Assembly (NCBI GenBank): GCA_051362555.1
Contig: CM120647.1
Location: 19,878,651 to 19,942,650 of the forward strand
Direction of reading: 5' to 3'
From: Lingula anatina
Lineage: Eukaryota > Animalia > Brachiopoda
DNA: 64,000 nucleotides
The notes beneath the pieces are model-generated. The model did no database searches, was not told the origin of the DNA, and saw only the letters and a program-made list of their open reading frames with translations. The stretch's first letter is position 1. Each line of letters opens with the position of its first letter. A program made the position numbers and the translations under genes. Shown piece by piece: positions 27,313-39,467 of this stretch.

Positions 27313-30300
27313 TTATTGTACCACCAGCGTTAGCGCTGGCGGTACACATGGTTTCGGTCCCGTCCGGATCGTTCCGCCGGCTCCGCCGGCTCCGTTGGCT
27401 CCGCCGGCTCCGCCGGCTCCGCCGGACGGCTACCGTTACCGCTTCTCCTCCTAGACGGTAAGGGCCCCCGTACCCATCTCATGGATTTAGGTCACCTATA
27501 ATCTCAACTCGTTCCACGTAAAATTTGGGCTTTGTCGGTATTGGGGTCTGGGTGTGGCACTCATTGCAATGCACCCTTGTCTAAAAATGGCAAAATTAAA
27601 TGCTAATTATCTACCCTACGGAAGGAGTTATGGGAAAAATTTCTATAGACGGCTTTCCAAAAGTCGTATGTGTAGATTTCAAATATACCCTTGGATTTGA
27701 CCTTTGACCTCTACTTCAAGGTCAAATGGGCCAAAATTTTCAAAAAAATGAAATTTTTTACGAAAAAAATTTGTTTTGCCCTGTTATTCAGACACCACAC
27801 AGACTTAACCAATAATATTATTGGAAAGTGTTACCCTTCAGGTCATCTTTCATCTCCATGAATTTGGGGTCAATCGGTGCATTTTCACGGGAGTAGCGGC
27901 CATAAGATACCGAAACTGAAAACTGTCTCTAATTCGGGAACCGTTAATGCTAGAGACCCATTCTTTTTTGCATTTTGTAGAGCATGTAAAGCCCAACACT
28001 GGAGGTGGTCTCGGTTTTTTTGTATTCCATACGGTTTTCGAGTTACGCTGTATCAAAAAGTACATATTGGTGGTAAAAGCAAAATGTGCAGTACGGTAAT
28101 GGATAATAAATTTTGAACTCTGGAAAAATAAAACATAAGGCTTGGCAAAGCAGACAACTTGTGTTCAAAAATGACATTATTTTATCAAATTTGAACTTCT
28201 GAAACTTCAGAGCACCTCCTATTTCAAGAATTTTGACCAAAATGACATTTTCTTTATTTTAATTAATTTTTTCTGTACGAAATTTAAGGCACATTATGGT
28301 AACTCCAAAATTATAACATCTAGTCCCTTATATCTCCAAAACTGGCAGAGATAGGTCCATAGTTACTATTGAAGTTGAATAGGAAGTCATATACTGGCAA
28401 TCTTACTATGACCTTGAAATTGACCTTTGACCTACTTTTCACCATGAACTGAATTTTGCAAATTTTGCTTTCCTTTTATCTCCAAAACTGGCAGAGATAG
28501 GTCCGTAGTTACTATTGAACTTGAATAGGAAGTCATATACTGGCAATCTATATGTGACATTAAAATTGACCTTTGACCTACTTTTCACCATGAACTGAAT
28601 TTTGCAAATTTTGCTTTCCTTTTATCTCCAAAACTGGCAGAGATAGGTCCGTAGTTACTATTGAACTTGAATAGGAAGTCATATACTGGCAATCTATATG
28701 TGACATTAAAATTGACCTTTGACCTACTTTTCACCATGAACTGAATTTTGCAAATTTTGCTTTCCTTTTATCTCCAAAACTGGCTGAGATAGGTCCGTAG
28801 TTACTATTGAACTTGAATAGGAAGTCATATACTGGCAATCTATATGTAACATTAAAATTGACCTTTGACCTACTTTTCACCATGAACTAAATTTTGCAAA
28901 TTTTGCTTTCCTTTTATCTCCAAAACTGGCTGAGATAGGTCCGTAGTTACTATTGAACTTGAATAGGAAGTCATATACTGGCAATCTAAATGTGACCTTA
29001 AAATTTGCCTTTGACCTACTTTTCACCATAAACTGAACTTTGCAAAATTTGCTTCCCTTTTATCTCCAAAACTGGCGGAGATAGGTCCATAGTTACTATT
29101 GAACTTGAATAGGAAGTCATATACTGGCAATCTAAATGTGACCTTAAAATTGACCTTTGACCTACTTTTCACCATGAACTGAACTTTGCAAATTTTTCTT
29201 CCCTTTTATTTCCAAAACTGGCAGAGATAGGTCCATAGTTACTATTGAAGTTGAATAGGAAGTCATATACTGGCAATCTAAATGTGACCTTAAAATTGAC
29301 CTTTGACCTACTTTACACCATGAACTGAAATTTGCAAATTTTGCTTTCCTTTTATCTCCAAAACTGGCTGAGATAGGTCCGTAGTTACTATTGAACTTGA
29401 ATAGGAAGTCATATACTGGCAATCTAAATGTGACATTAAAATTGACCTTTGACCTACTTTTCACCAAGAACTGAACTTTGCAAATTTTGCTTCCCTTTTA
29501 TCTCCAAAACTGGCAGAGATAGGTCCATAGTTACTATTGAACTTGAATAGGAAGTCATATACTGGCAATCTAAATGTGACCTTGAAATTGACCTTTGACC
29601 TACTTTTCATCATGAACTGAACTTTGCAAACTTTTCTGCCCTTTTATCTCCAAAACTGGCAGAGATAGGTCCATAGTTACTATTGAACTTGAAAAGGAAG
29701 TCATATACTGGCATTATAAATGTGACATTAAAATTGACCTTTGTCCTACTTTTCACCATAAACTGAACTTTGCAAATTTTGCTTCCCCTTTATCTCCAAA
29801 ACTGGCAGAGATAGGTCCATAGTTACTATTGAACTTGAATAGAAAGTCATATACTGGCATTCTAAATGTGACCTTAAAATTGACCTTTGACCTACTTTAC
29901 ACCATGAACTGAATTTTGCAAATTTTGCTTTCCTTTTATCTCCAAAACTGGCTGAGATAGGTCCGTAGTTACTATTGAACTTGAATAGGAAGTCATATAC
30001 TGGCATTATAAATGTGACATTAAAATTGACCTTTGTCCTACTTTTCACCATAAACTGAACTTTGCAAATTTTGCTTCCCCTTTATCTCCAAAATGAATAA
30101 ACGTTGTTTAAAAAAAAAAAATGTGACCTTGAAATTGACCTTTGACCTACTTTTCACCATGAACTGAATTTTGCAAATTTTGCTTCCCCTTTATCTCCAA
30201 AACTGGCAGAGATAGGTCCATAGTTACTCTTGAACTTGAATAGGAAGTCATATACTGGCAATTTACTGTGACCTTGAAATTGACTCTTGACCTACCTTAC

Positions 30301-30501
30301 GAAGAACTTAAATTTGATTGTACCATATATATTTTTTGCAATAGTTAAAAAATTCTTGTTGATTGCATTTTTACAGCTTGTCAAGCACAAAACTGGTGGC
30401 TGTGTCCCTTATTTTATGTATGTGGGGGTCTATACGAATGCGTTTGCTCCAGCTGGTGGTACAATATTTGGAGGCGGTATCGCCTCTCTTATCCTCTAGT
30501 T
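27313..30501 (+). mobile_element. Non-autonomous Helentron-associated element (~3.2 kb) carrying a central satellite
   Basis: 5' TTATTGTACCACCAGC has its inverted copy GCTGGTGGTACAATA at 30452-30466. Hairpin GAGGCGGTATCGCCTC at 30471-30486 and terminal CTAGTT. A 5' (CCGCCGGCT)n minisatellite and TGACCTTTGACC motifs are present. Inserted at a T-run with no clear TSD. Confidence 0.85.
28331..30295 (+). repeat. 146-bp tandem satellite, ~13-14 copies
   Basis: CTCCAAAACTGG at 28334, 28480, 28626 and onward with a 146-bp period. One unit is disrupted at ~30093-30120. Confidence 0.97.
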
Positions 30502-32278
30502 TTTGTAGGCTAATTATATTGAAGTATGATTGACAGTCCGCAGTTTTTGTTTTTTGTCTGAATGCGGCTGTAACAGCAGGTTAAAAATCATGCTCCATCA
30601 CGCCTGGGTTAACATGGCGTGAAATGGGGCATTATTGTCAGTAATTTGTCAAACAAGACTTAGCTGTCAGCAGGAACGGGGTCTAATGGTTTCCCGATCT
30701 AGGGGGTATAGGGTTGTCAATGTAACAGAGCTTATGAAGTTACTGTTATGATTGTTGTGATAAATAAAAAATAATCTATGCACTAGCTAGCTGCTAAGCA
30801 GTTGATATCACTTTGTTGTTGTATTGTTTAAGAACAATGAAATTGTAGGGTAAATAGAGAAGGGAATACATTGGAAAGTGTGATATAGGATGAAGTACAT
30901 TGATGACTTTTTAGTTAGTTTTTGTTGTGTATTTGCTGCTACTTGAAGTAATTACGTAAATGAAATTTGACCAGTTAGGACAAAGTAATTGTCATCATAA
31001 CACTAACCAAGTTATAGTTTTCATCAGCTTGTAGTATTGTAGGTTGTACTGATAAATCTCAGCTGTTGCCTTAAATTTGATTCATTAGATAAATGACTTT
31101 GCATTTTCATACCATAGAAAGTGATTTTCACATGTATGTTCATGAATGCATGTACATTGTGCATCTTTTTGTCTCCTAACCTGACAAAATGGTGCAGGAA
31201 CCCCAGCATGCACTTTTCTGCTGCTTGTTTTGCTTTTTTTTTCTATAAATAGGAGAGAGGGAGAGATAAAAAAATTGTAAAAAGTATACATGCAAGCACA
31301 TTTACAACTCTTATCAAGATCAAGTCTGTTTTAAGAGTCCAGTCAGTGGATGACTGTTTCTTTGACTTAATTTACTTGTTTTAACATTTAAAATGTGTTT
31401 TATCTGGCATTACAGGCCATATGTGCCTGAAATAGTCTCAACACATTTTTCTCCTCTGTTTTCTCCTTACAAATTTTTTTTTTTTTTTTTGCCATGTTCT
31501 TGTTTTTCCCAAATGTTATTCACTGGTGCTTGTACAAATACATAACAAGTTTTTGAGGACAAGTTGTTACTTGAACACACTTTTATGTGCTTTTTTTCTT
31601 GGTTTATGCATGTGTTTATGTATGTCTGTGTTTTGTTTATTTTTTTATTTATCTGCATCCTTAAACATTTTTTCAGGACATCACCGGAGAAGACCTTGTT
31701 TTGTTTGGTTTCAAATTTCATTGGTATATGCTTTTCAAACAGTCGGTGAATAATTCTAATTTGCTTTAAAAAGCAGTTGTGCTTTCTCAGTTCTCAATGC
31801 AACTGCCCTCAACTGACTTACATACAATATTACATCAATTACTGAGGGTTTTGTAACATTTAGGAAAATGCAGTTTAGAGTTACTAGAATTGATGGAAAA
31901 CAGCATGGCTGATGATAGATACCATTGCATAAAATCTTTTTTGTTTTCGTTCTCTTTTATCTCTCCTCTATTGCATGTTTTCAAGAGATATAGTTACCTG
32001 TTCATGATCGTAAGACAGATGGAAGATTTGGGTGTTTGCCTAAATGTGTCTTGGCAACGAAATACAAGAGACTCTTACATGACCCCATCATACACGGCAG
32101 AGTTCATCTGTCTTTGTTTCTTTTTTTATTTTTTATTATTGACACTATTGAATGACATTGCATTTCGATATTGGATTGCTTTTTTGTTTTTCTTTCTTTT
32201 TTCTGTTCAGAATCTCTGAATGAATGCTTAGATTACCCAGGTTTGCTGACAAAATCGTTTGGTACTCTAGGAAGGGTT

Positions 32279-32319
<41 letters not shown>

Positions 32320-32900
32320 CTTGTGCACGCATTCTAACCGAGGACACACACCCGCCCGAAACCCACTAACCGAGGACACACCTCCAACCGAGGACGTCCT
32401 CGGTTGACATAAGCAGTGGAATGCATAAAGGGGCCCATTTCAAGTTAGGTGGTGAAATTTGACGCTATTCTGAGCCAGTCCTCGGTTATGCTGTATAGCG
32501 CGGGCCAAATTCCCGCCACGAGTGTATCAGAAATACTGTCCAACTTTTTGTCTGAAATCGGGCTATACACACGCGTCCTCGGTTGTGCTGTAAAGGGCGG
32601 ACCAAATTCCGCGTCCTCGGTTGTGCTGTAAAGGGCAGACTAAACTGAAACTAATGTTATATCTCAGATGTCTATATATTCAGTAAGTTCATATTTTTAA
32701 ACTAAAGGTCTTTTTTTATCAAATTAAGCTCTCCTAGACCGTTACGTAACTACATAACTATCATCGCACTGTACATATTACGGCACGCTTCTTTATTAGT
32801 ACAACTGACTTGGAGTGGTTTGAATAAAGAAGAACTGTCTGAATTTGTGGCTCACTCGGTAGATCTTAGGACCGACAATCTTTTGAGGGTGCAAGAATTA

Positions 32901-33950
32901 CTCTGAAGAATCAAATAAACGTACCGGTAGGCCTACGTTAATTAATTTTCCAAATTTCTTCCCGCCGGTACGCTCCACTTTCACCCAGTACGCATATTAA
33001 TTTTTCAAAAATCTTCCACCCGGTATGTTTATTAAATACATATTGTACCGGTGGGAAATTACACAAGTACAAGTCACGCTTTTTATTTTCTTAAATTGAA
33101 GTATAATGAGAAGAAAATTGAGATCTCAACTCATTACCGAGTGTTCTACCAACAGCACTGGAAAGTAGGTCAAGCGGAAGTCGCTCTCTGAACACAACAG
33201 TACATGCGTCACCTGATTTCAGTTCCTATAAATAGACGTGCTTTCCCTTCAACAGTGACAACTACTCATGTACATCGATCGAATGATGCAATGTCGTAAG
33301 GTGATAGGATCATATTTATAGCTAAGGAGGTCATTTCAAGTGCAGCAAAGACGTTGTGCCTGTTTTCAAACGTCAATTATTTCATGCCGATTTATGATTT
33401 AAACGATGTTAAATCACATTTCTATGTAAGATAAACCCTTAGGAGTTTACAGGTATGCAAAACGAACCTTATATCTGAGAATAAATTTACTATGAATAAC
33501 GTCTCCGTATGGCTCTCGGAGGCGGCTTAGGTGCGACATATCTGGGTCTTCGGCCCCTGACGATTATGAAATTTAACTCATGGCAAATATATATATATAT
33601 TTTTTAATAAATTAGATATCCCGTTTTTAAGATAAATTATAATACTGAGTGAATTTTACCTGGTGAATTTTTTTTTTTTTTTTTACAATGATCAATAGCT
33701 AGCTTTTTTCTTTCTCTTCTTCTTCTTTACTTTTATTTATTTATTTCATTTTTTTTTTTTGGGGGGGGGGGGGGGGGGAGTGGTGCAAAGGTTTTTTCTA
33801 CCCAGTACTTTTATTCCATCCAGTACTTTTATTAAATTTCGAGATTTTTTACACCCAGTACTTTTATTCCATCAGTACTTTTATTAAATTTTGAGATTTT
33901 TTCCACCCAGTACTTTTATTCCATCAGTTCTTTTATTCGATACTTCAGAG
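32901..33950. mobile_element. Nested MITE with TA TSD (Tc1/mariner-type)
   Basis: TA|CTCTGAAGAATCAAATAAA...TTTATTCGATACTTCAGAG|TA, with subterminal CC(C/G)(A/G)GTAC..TTATT repeats at both ends. Confidence 0.85.
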
Positions 33951-34851
33951 TAAATGAAAAGGGTAAATGGATCGTCCGTAAACCCCCTTTACACTGAATG
34001 GGCCCCTGTCGGTCCATGTCGCTAACACAGAGCACACATATTCATAAACACCGCATTTGCAAGAACCGCTTTGTGAAATAAAAAAAGACGCCCCGACAAT
34101 TACGCGTCCTGATATATAGGCCTACAGTTCGGATATGCACACGGCAAAAACGATTAAGGGACCGTTCCCAGATCCTATCGTACTAACTATGGATCGATCT
34201 CTCCCAGAAGGAATGCTATATAAATTGCAATCAACGTAATCAGTGTGATCTGGCCAATTTTACAAAGTTGCTGTTTTTCCCTTTTCTCAGCATAATATTA
34301 TATGCGATGCAACATTTTAAAGAGAACCGATAGGTCTATTTTCATGAAACTCACAGAACTGATGAATATTAGTTAAACGCAGGTCAAGTTTGAAAATCTT
34401 CATAATGGGCTGCTTTTTTTTTGCAGAAAATTTGCTGTTGTTTTTGCTTTTTTCAGCATACATGCAACACTGTAAACACAGTTCAAGGAGAAGCAATAGG
34501 TCTATTGTCATGAAACTCACAGAACTGATGATTATTAGTAAAAGGGTTGTCAAGATCAAATATCGGCATATCCGGGCCATTTTTTGTCAAAAGTTATGCT
34601 GTTTTTTTTCTGCCATTTTCAGCATATAAGTAACACTGTAAGCACATTTCAGGGAGAACCGATAGGCCTGTTGTCATTAAACTCACAGGAGTGATCAATG
34701 TTACCAATATACAAATCAAGTTTGAAAATAGGATTGATTGGTTGAGTTTTGTGGAAGTTGTGCCTTGTTTTGATATATATAAGTGGTTTTCCTCAGATTT
34801 GATTGTCAGGCATGTTGACAGTTTCGTTATTGAACTAACTAGATATGTAAA

Positions 34852-35729
34852 TGTAACCCGGGGGGAAGGCCGAACGTTGTTGTTCGTCTGACAACCCTCT
34901 GTATGCTGCGTAATTTTTAAAATGGGCTAGCCAACGATTGTAATCTTCGTGCGTTGAACCTGTGAATTTCTCAGGCATCAAATGCAAATCGGCCGGCATA
35001 TTATCAGCGTGGGCAGGCGGTAGGGGACGTGGGGGAATTGGTGAGTTTCTGGCGGAATCGGCGGGCGTGGAGCTCTCAGTATCGGAAACGCTGCTGTCTA
35101 AAGGCTGAATGACGGTGGGGTCGATGATATCGTTGAGTTGCGATAACGCTGGTGAAGCTGAGCGAGAAGAAGTCGGCGAGGTGTGTGCCGACGGAGGAGA
35201 CGTTGGCTCTTTAACGGGAATCGACGTACGTGACTCACCTGCCTTTTTGTGCCTGGTATTTGCTGACGGCGTCGACCAATAGTTTTCTGGCCTGGAAAAC
35301 ATGCGGGGACGTTGCTGTTGGCTCGGCTGCGGGAGAAGGAATCAACCGTGTTCTCCACCACCTTGTAACCCGGCTGGTTACTTAATTCTGAGCGGGTAGC
35401 AAACTTGAAAACACCGAAGACATCAATGGTATCTCATGAAGATCTTTATTTGCTGACGGGCTACAATCTGGCACGCAGGCAGGGACAGTCACGACGATCT
35501 CCCGGGGTCTCTCTCTCACTAACTGAGAAGCCCTCATTTTATAGGGAATCGTTCCAAGTCCTGCGTGCCCAATAACTATTACTAAATGTGTGTAATTTAT
35601 AGGAATAATAAAGGAACTAAAGGTAACATACGTGATTAATAGGAAGTATGAGAAAACTAAATACAGGGACTATATTACATTCCATAGTAGCCCTGAACAC
35701 GGATATGTTCTCCGGGTAGGAAGGTTACA
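34852..35729 (-). mobile_element. Internally deleted Gypsy-like LTR retrotransposon (5' LTR + PBS + gag N-terminus + 10-bp LTR end)
   Basis: LTR at 35364-35729 (TGTAACC...GGTTACA) with minus-strand TATAAAA (35543-35537) and AATAAA (35450-35445). PBS TGGTGGAGAA (35360-35351) is complementary to a tRNA-Ala-type 3' end. The element ends CCGGGTTACA at 34852. Confidence 0.85.
34862..35302 (-). pseudogene. gag: Truncated retrotransposon Gag N-terminus
   Basis: Ser/Pro-rich leader, then PEKFTGSTHEDYNRWLAHFKNYAAYRGLSDEQQRSAFP, matching the P.kF.G...D...Wl..F..ya...g.sd motif of Ty3/Gypsy capsid N-termini. It lies directly downstream of the PBS. Confidence 0.8.
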
Positions 35730-36015
35730 TAACGCTCGGACCTGGGAATGGCCTCAACTGAAATTTCCCCAGGTGTAGTGACTGTTTTTGGTGGAAGAGA
35801 TCAAAAGAGCGAAATGACTATAATGAGGCCAAAGTATTTCTACAATTTTAGAGTCGGCACCGGGTTTCCATTTTCTGTCATCTGGAAGGGGTGTATCTTC
35901 AATTACTTAAATAAATTACTCTACTGAGATATTTGTTTCTAATTTTGGTTTCTCTTCCGTGATTGAAAATGTGATTTAAAGGCAGAGACAAATTGTATAA
36001 CACTACCGTGTTATA
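35730..36015. mobile_element. Possible second solo LTR or short insertion adjoining the Gypsy remnant
   Basis: Unrelated to the surrounding repeat. Begins TAACGC, ends GTGTTATA and contains AATAAA. The whole 34852-36015 insert is flanked by a 4-bp duplication TAAA (34848-34851 / 36016-36019). Confidence 0.5.
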
Positions 36016-39000
36016 TAAATATGTTAGTGTTTGTCTGAAATTTTCTGCATCTTTACAACATTGCTAGTTGATTATATAAATATGACGGTAAACATGTTAT
36101 CATGTACTGTGTAATACAGTGTCTCAAAATGGAGGCAATTGGGTGATTATTTTCAAAAGTTTTGCATTTTTTCTCCTTTTTTCATTGTACATGCAACACT
36201 GTAAACACATTTCAAGGAGAACCAATAGGCCTCTTTTCATAAAACTCACAGAACTGATGATTATAAGTAAAAGAATGGTCAAGATTGAAAATCAGCATGA
36301 CCAGGCCCTTTTCTTTCAAATGTTATGCTGTTTTTTTTTTTTTTTCAGCATATAAGTAACACTGAAAGCACATTTCAGGGAGAACCAATAAGCCTGTTTT
36401 CATGAAACTCACAGGAGTAATCAATGTTATCTATATACAAATCAAGTTTAAAAATAAGATTGATTGGTTGAGTTTTGAGGGACTTCAGCTTTTATTTGTA
36501 TATAAGTGGTTTTCCTCAGATTTGATTGTCAGGCATGTGGACAGTTTCGTTATTGAACTAACTAGATATGTAAATATGTTAGTGTTTGTCTGAAATTTTC
36601 TGCATCTTTACAACATTGCTAGTTGATTACATAAATATGACGGTAAACATGTTATCATGTACTGTGTAATACAGTGTCTCAAAATGGAGGAAATGGGGTG
36701 ATTATTTTCAAAAGTTTTGCATTTTTTTTCTCCTTTTTTCAGTGTACATGCAACACTGTAAACACACTTCAAGGAGAACCAATAGGCCTGTTTTCATGAA
36801 ACTCAGAGAACTGATGATTATTAGTAAATTAAAAAGAATGATCAAGATTGAAAATCAGCATGACCAGGCCCTTTTCTTTCAAATGTTATGCTGGATTTTT
36901 TTCAGCATATATGTAACACTGTAAGCACATTTCAAGGAGAACAGGCTTATTGGTTCTCCCTGCTTTTTTAAGCATATAAGTAACACTGTAAACACATTCC
37001 AAGGAGAACCAATAGGCCTCTTTTCACAAAACTCACAGAACTGATGATTATAAGTAAAAGAATGGTCAAGATTGAAAATCAGCATGACCAGGCCCTTTTC
37101 TTTCAAATGTTATGCTGTTTTTTTTAAGCATATAAGTAACACTGTAAACACATTCCAAGGAGAACCAATAGGCCTCTTTTCATAAAACTCACAGAACTGA
37201 TTATTATGAGTAAAAGAATGGTCAAGATTGAAAATCAGCATGACCAGGCCCTTTTCTTTCAAATGTTATGCTGTTTTTTTTTCAGCATATAAGTAACACT
37301 GTAAGCACATTTCAGGGAGAACCGATAGGCCTGTTGTCATTAAACTCACAAGAGTGATCAGTGTTATCTATATACAAATCAAATTTAAAAATAAGATAGA
37401 TTGGTTGAGTTCTGAGGGACTTCAGCTTTTATTTGTATATAAGTGGTTTTCCTCAGATTTGATTGTCAGGCATGTTGACATTTTCGTTATTGAATTAACT
37501 AGATATGTAAATATGTTAGTGTTTCTCTGAAATTGTCTGCATCTTTACAACATTGCTAGTTGATTATATAAATATGACGGTAAACATGTTATCATGTACT
37601 GTGTAATACAGTGTCTCAGAATGGAGGAAATGGGGTGATTATTTTCAAAAGTTTTGCATTTTTTTCTCCTTTTTTCAGTGTACATGCAACACTGTTAACA
37701 TATTTCAAGGAGAACCAATAAGCCTGTTTTCATGAAACTCACAGAACTGATGATTATTAGTAAAAGAATGGTCAAGATTGAAAATCAGCAAGACCAGGCC
37801 CTTTTCTTTCAAATTTTATGCTGGTTTTTTTTTCAGCATATATGTAACACTGTAAGCACATTTCAGGGAGAACCAACAACTTAAAGCCTGTTTTCATGAA
37901 ACTCACAGAACTGATTATTATGAGTAAAAGCATATTAGTAACACTGTAAGCACATTTCAGGGAGAACCGATAGGCCTGTTGTCATTAAACTCACAAGAGT
38001 GATCAATGTTATCTATATACAAATCAAGTTTAAAAATAAGATTGATTGGTTGAGTTTTGAGGGACTTCAGCTTTTATTTGTATATAAGTGGTTTTCCTCA
38101 GATTTGATTGTCAGGCATGTAAACAGTCTCATTATTGAATTTACTAGATATGTAAAATGGGTTGTTTGACAATTTCTGCGTCTTGACAATATTGCTAGTT
38201 GATTATATAAAAATGATGGTAAACCTGTTATCTTGTATTGTGTAAAAAAAGTGCCAAAATGGAAATGAACTCGTATCATTGTAGTTTGTCAGATTCAATC
38301 ATTCACAATGTTCGGAATGGAGGAAATTGGACATTTAAACTTGTTATATTGATATTTTTGCCATCTCAACAATTTTCTTAGTTGATCATGTGAAATGGCA
38401 GTAAACTGTATTATTTTATGTAAAAAAGTTAAAAATGGAAAGAAACCCATTTCAGTACAGTGCTCTCTTGTATACATTTAGCATTTTCAAAGTATGACTT
38501 TGGAGTTCCATGAACCTGAAAACCTTTGCTAGTCACATTTTCTGAATATTCATGATACTAATATTTTATTATAAAAAATTGATGATCATTATGCTGTTAA
38601 GCATTATATAATATTGCATCAAATTGGAAGAAAGCACAATTTTGGGTGCTGCTGGCATGATGTCCTCAATTGTAAAATTGTGTACTGTGCAAGTCTGTAT
38701 CCAATGGACGACACTTTGTGTTATCAAAATATAAAATTCATGATAATAAAAGAGTGCTAAATAGAAAATAAGCATTATGAAAATAAAATGTTTGAAAACG
38801 AATTTCTTTGGTCTTTTATTTTATTTCATCAGTATCCTTTCTTTTCCTAAATTAATTGATGTTTTATCTCATAATCTTCAATTCTAAAAAAGTGGCAAAG
38901 CCCAGCATTAAATATTGCATAACTGTTCATTTAATCATCACCTCTGGTGTTATTTTGGAATTTACCTTAAATATGAAAGAATTTCATAAAAATATGAATT

Positions 39001-39467
39001 GCTGCAAAGTAACGCTATATAAAATTTGCTTTGCATTAAAAGTACAATCATTATTACATGTAGATGCATGCATGTCCTCGGTTGTAATGTGTAGTGTCTG
39101 TCCGTGTGTGTGTCCGTGTGTGTCCTCGGTTAGAATGTAAAATTCTTGTCAGCAAAAAATTAGTTTTTATAAAAAATTAATTTATAACATTCATACTTGA
39201 ATAGATTTTACCCTAAATTGAATGTTTTTATTTTGATTTAACCAAGGAATAAGATGTCCTCGGTTGTATGGTGTTGTGCTGATGTCCTCGGTTGGTACAC
39301 ATAGACAAGTATGTGTGTGTGTGTGTACATGTGCACGTGTGCAAGTGCGTACATGCATGAGGTGCTGTGTCTCGTTTTTCTTTTTGCCCCCCCCCCCCCC
39401 CCCCCACATCAAACCCCATACACCCTCTTGTTTAGTTAATCTCTATTACGTGTGGACTTGCTAATTC

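Larger units (their letters stand above)
34240..38235 (+). repeat. Modular higher-order tandem repeat inside the 7-kb element
   Basis: A ~155-bp module (AACACTGTAA.CACATTTCA.GGAGAACC.ATAGGCCT...AAACTCACAGAACTGATGATTA...) occurs in variable number between copies of a longer module starting at ~34695, 36420, 37358 and 38003. Confidence 0.9.
32318..39311. mobile_element. ~7-kb non-autonomous DNA transposon inserted in a (TG)n microsatellite
   Basis: (TG)n on both flanks. Both ends read CTTGT-N11-AACCGAGGAC in inverted orientation. Seven AACCGAGGAC/GTCCTCGGTT motifs at 32336-32622 and four at 39074-39293. Inner 22-bp inverted repeat CATTCTAACCGAGGACACACAC (starts 32330, ends 39137). Confidence 0.8.

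Noticed and set aside
27255-27461. Arg-rich ORF (RRLRRLR)
   Set aside because: It is the translation of the (CCGCCGGCT)n minisatellite at the 5' end of the Helentron-like element.
29162-30051. Two near-identical 101-aa minus-strand ORFs that look like a gene duplication
   Set aside because: They are translations of the 146-bp satellite. The peptide repeats and shifts frame with the monomer.
28331-30295. Regular array as a possible CRISPR
   Set aside because: Whole units repeat with no unique spacers, there are no cas genes, and the context is eukaryotic.
32336-32622. Short AACCGAGGAC repeats with variable spacers as a CRISPR-like array
   Set aside because: Only 10 bp, in mixed orientation and irregularly spaced, and mirrored 7 kb away. 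These fit transposon subterminal motifs better.
34317-37106. Several similar 60-87-aa ORFs (MQHCKH...)
   Set aside because: They are chance frames in the modular tandem repeat.
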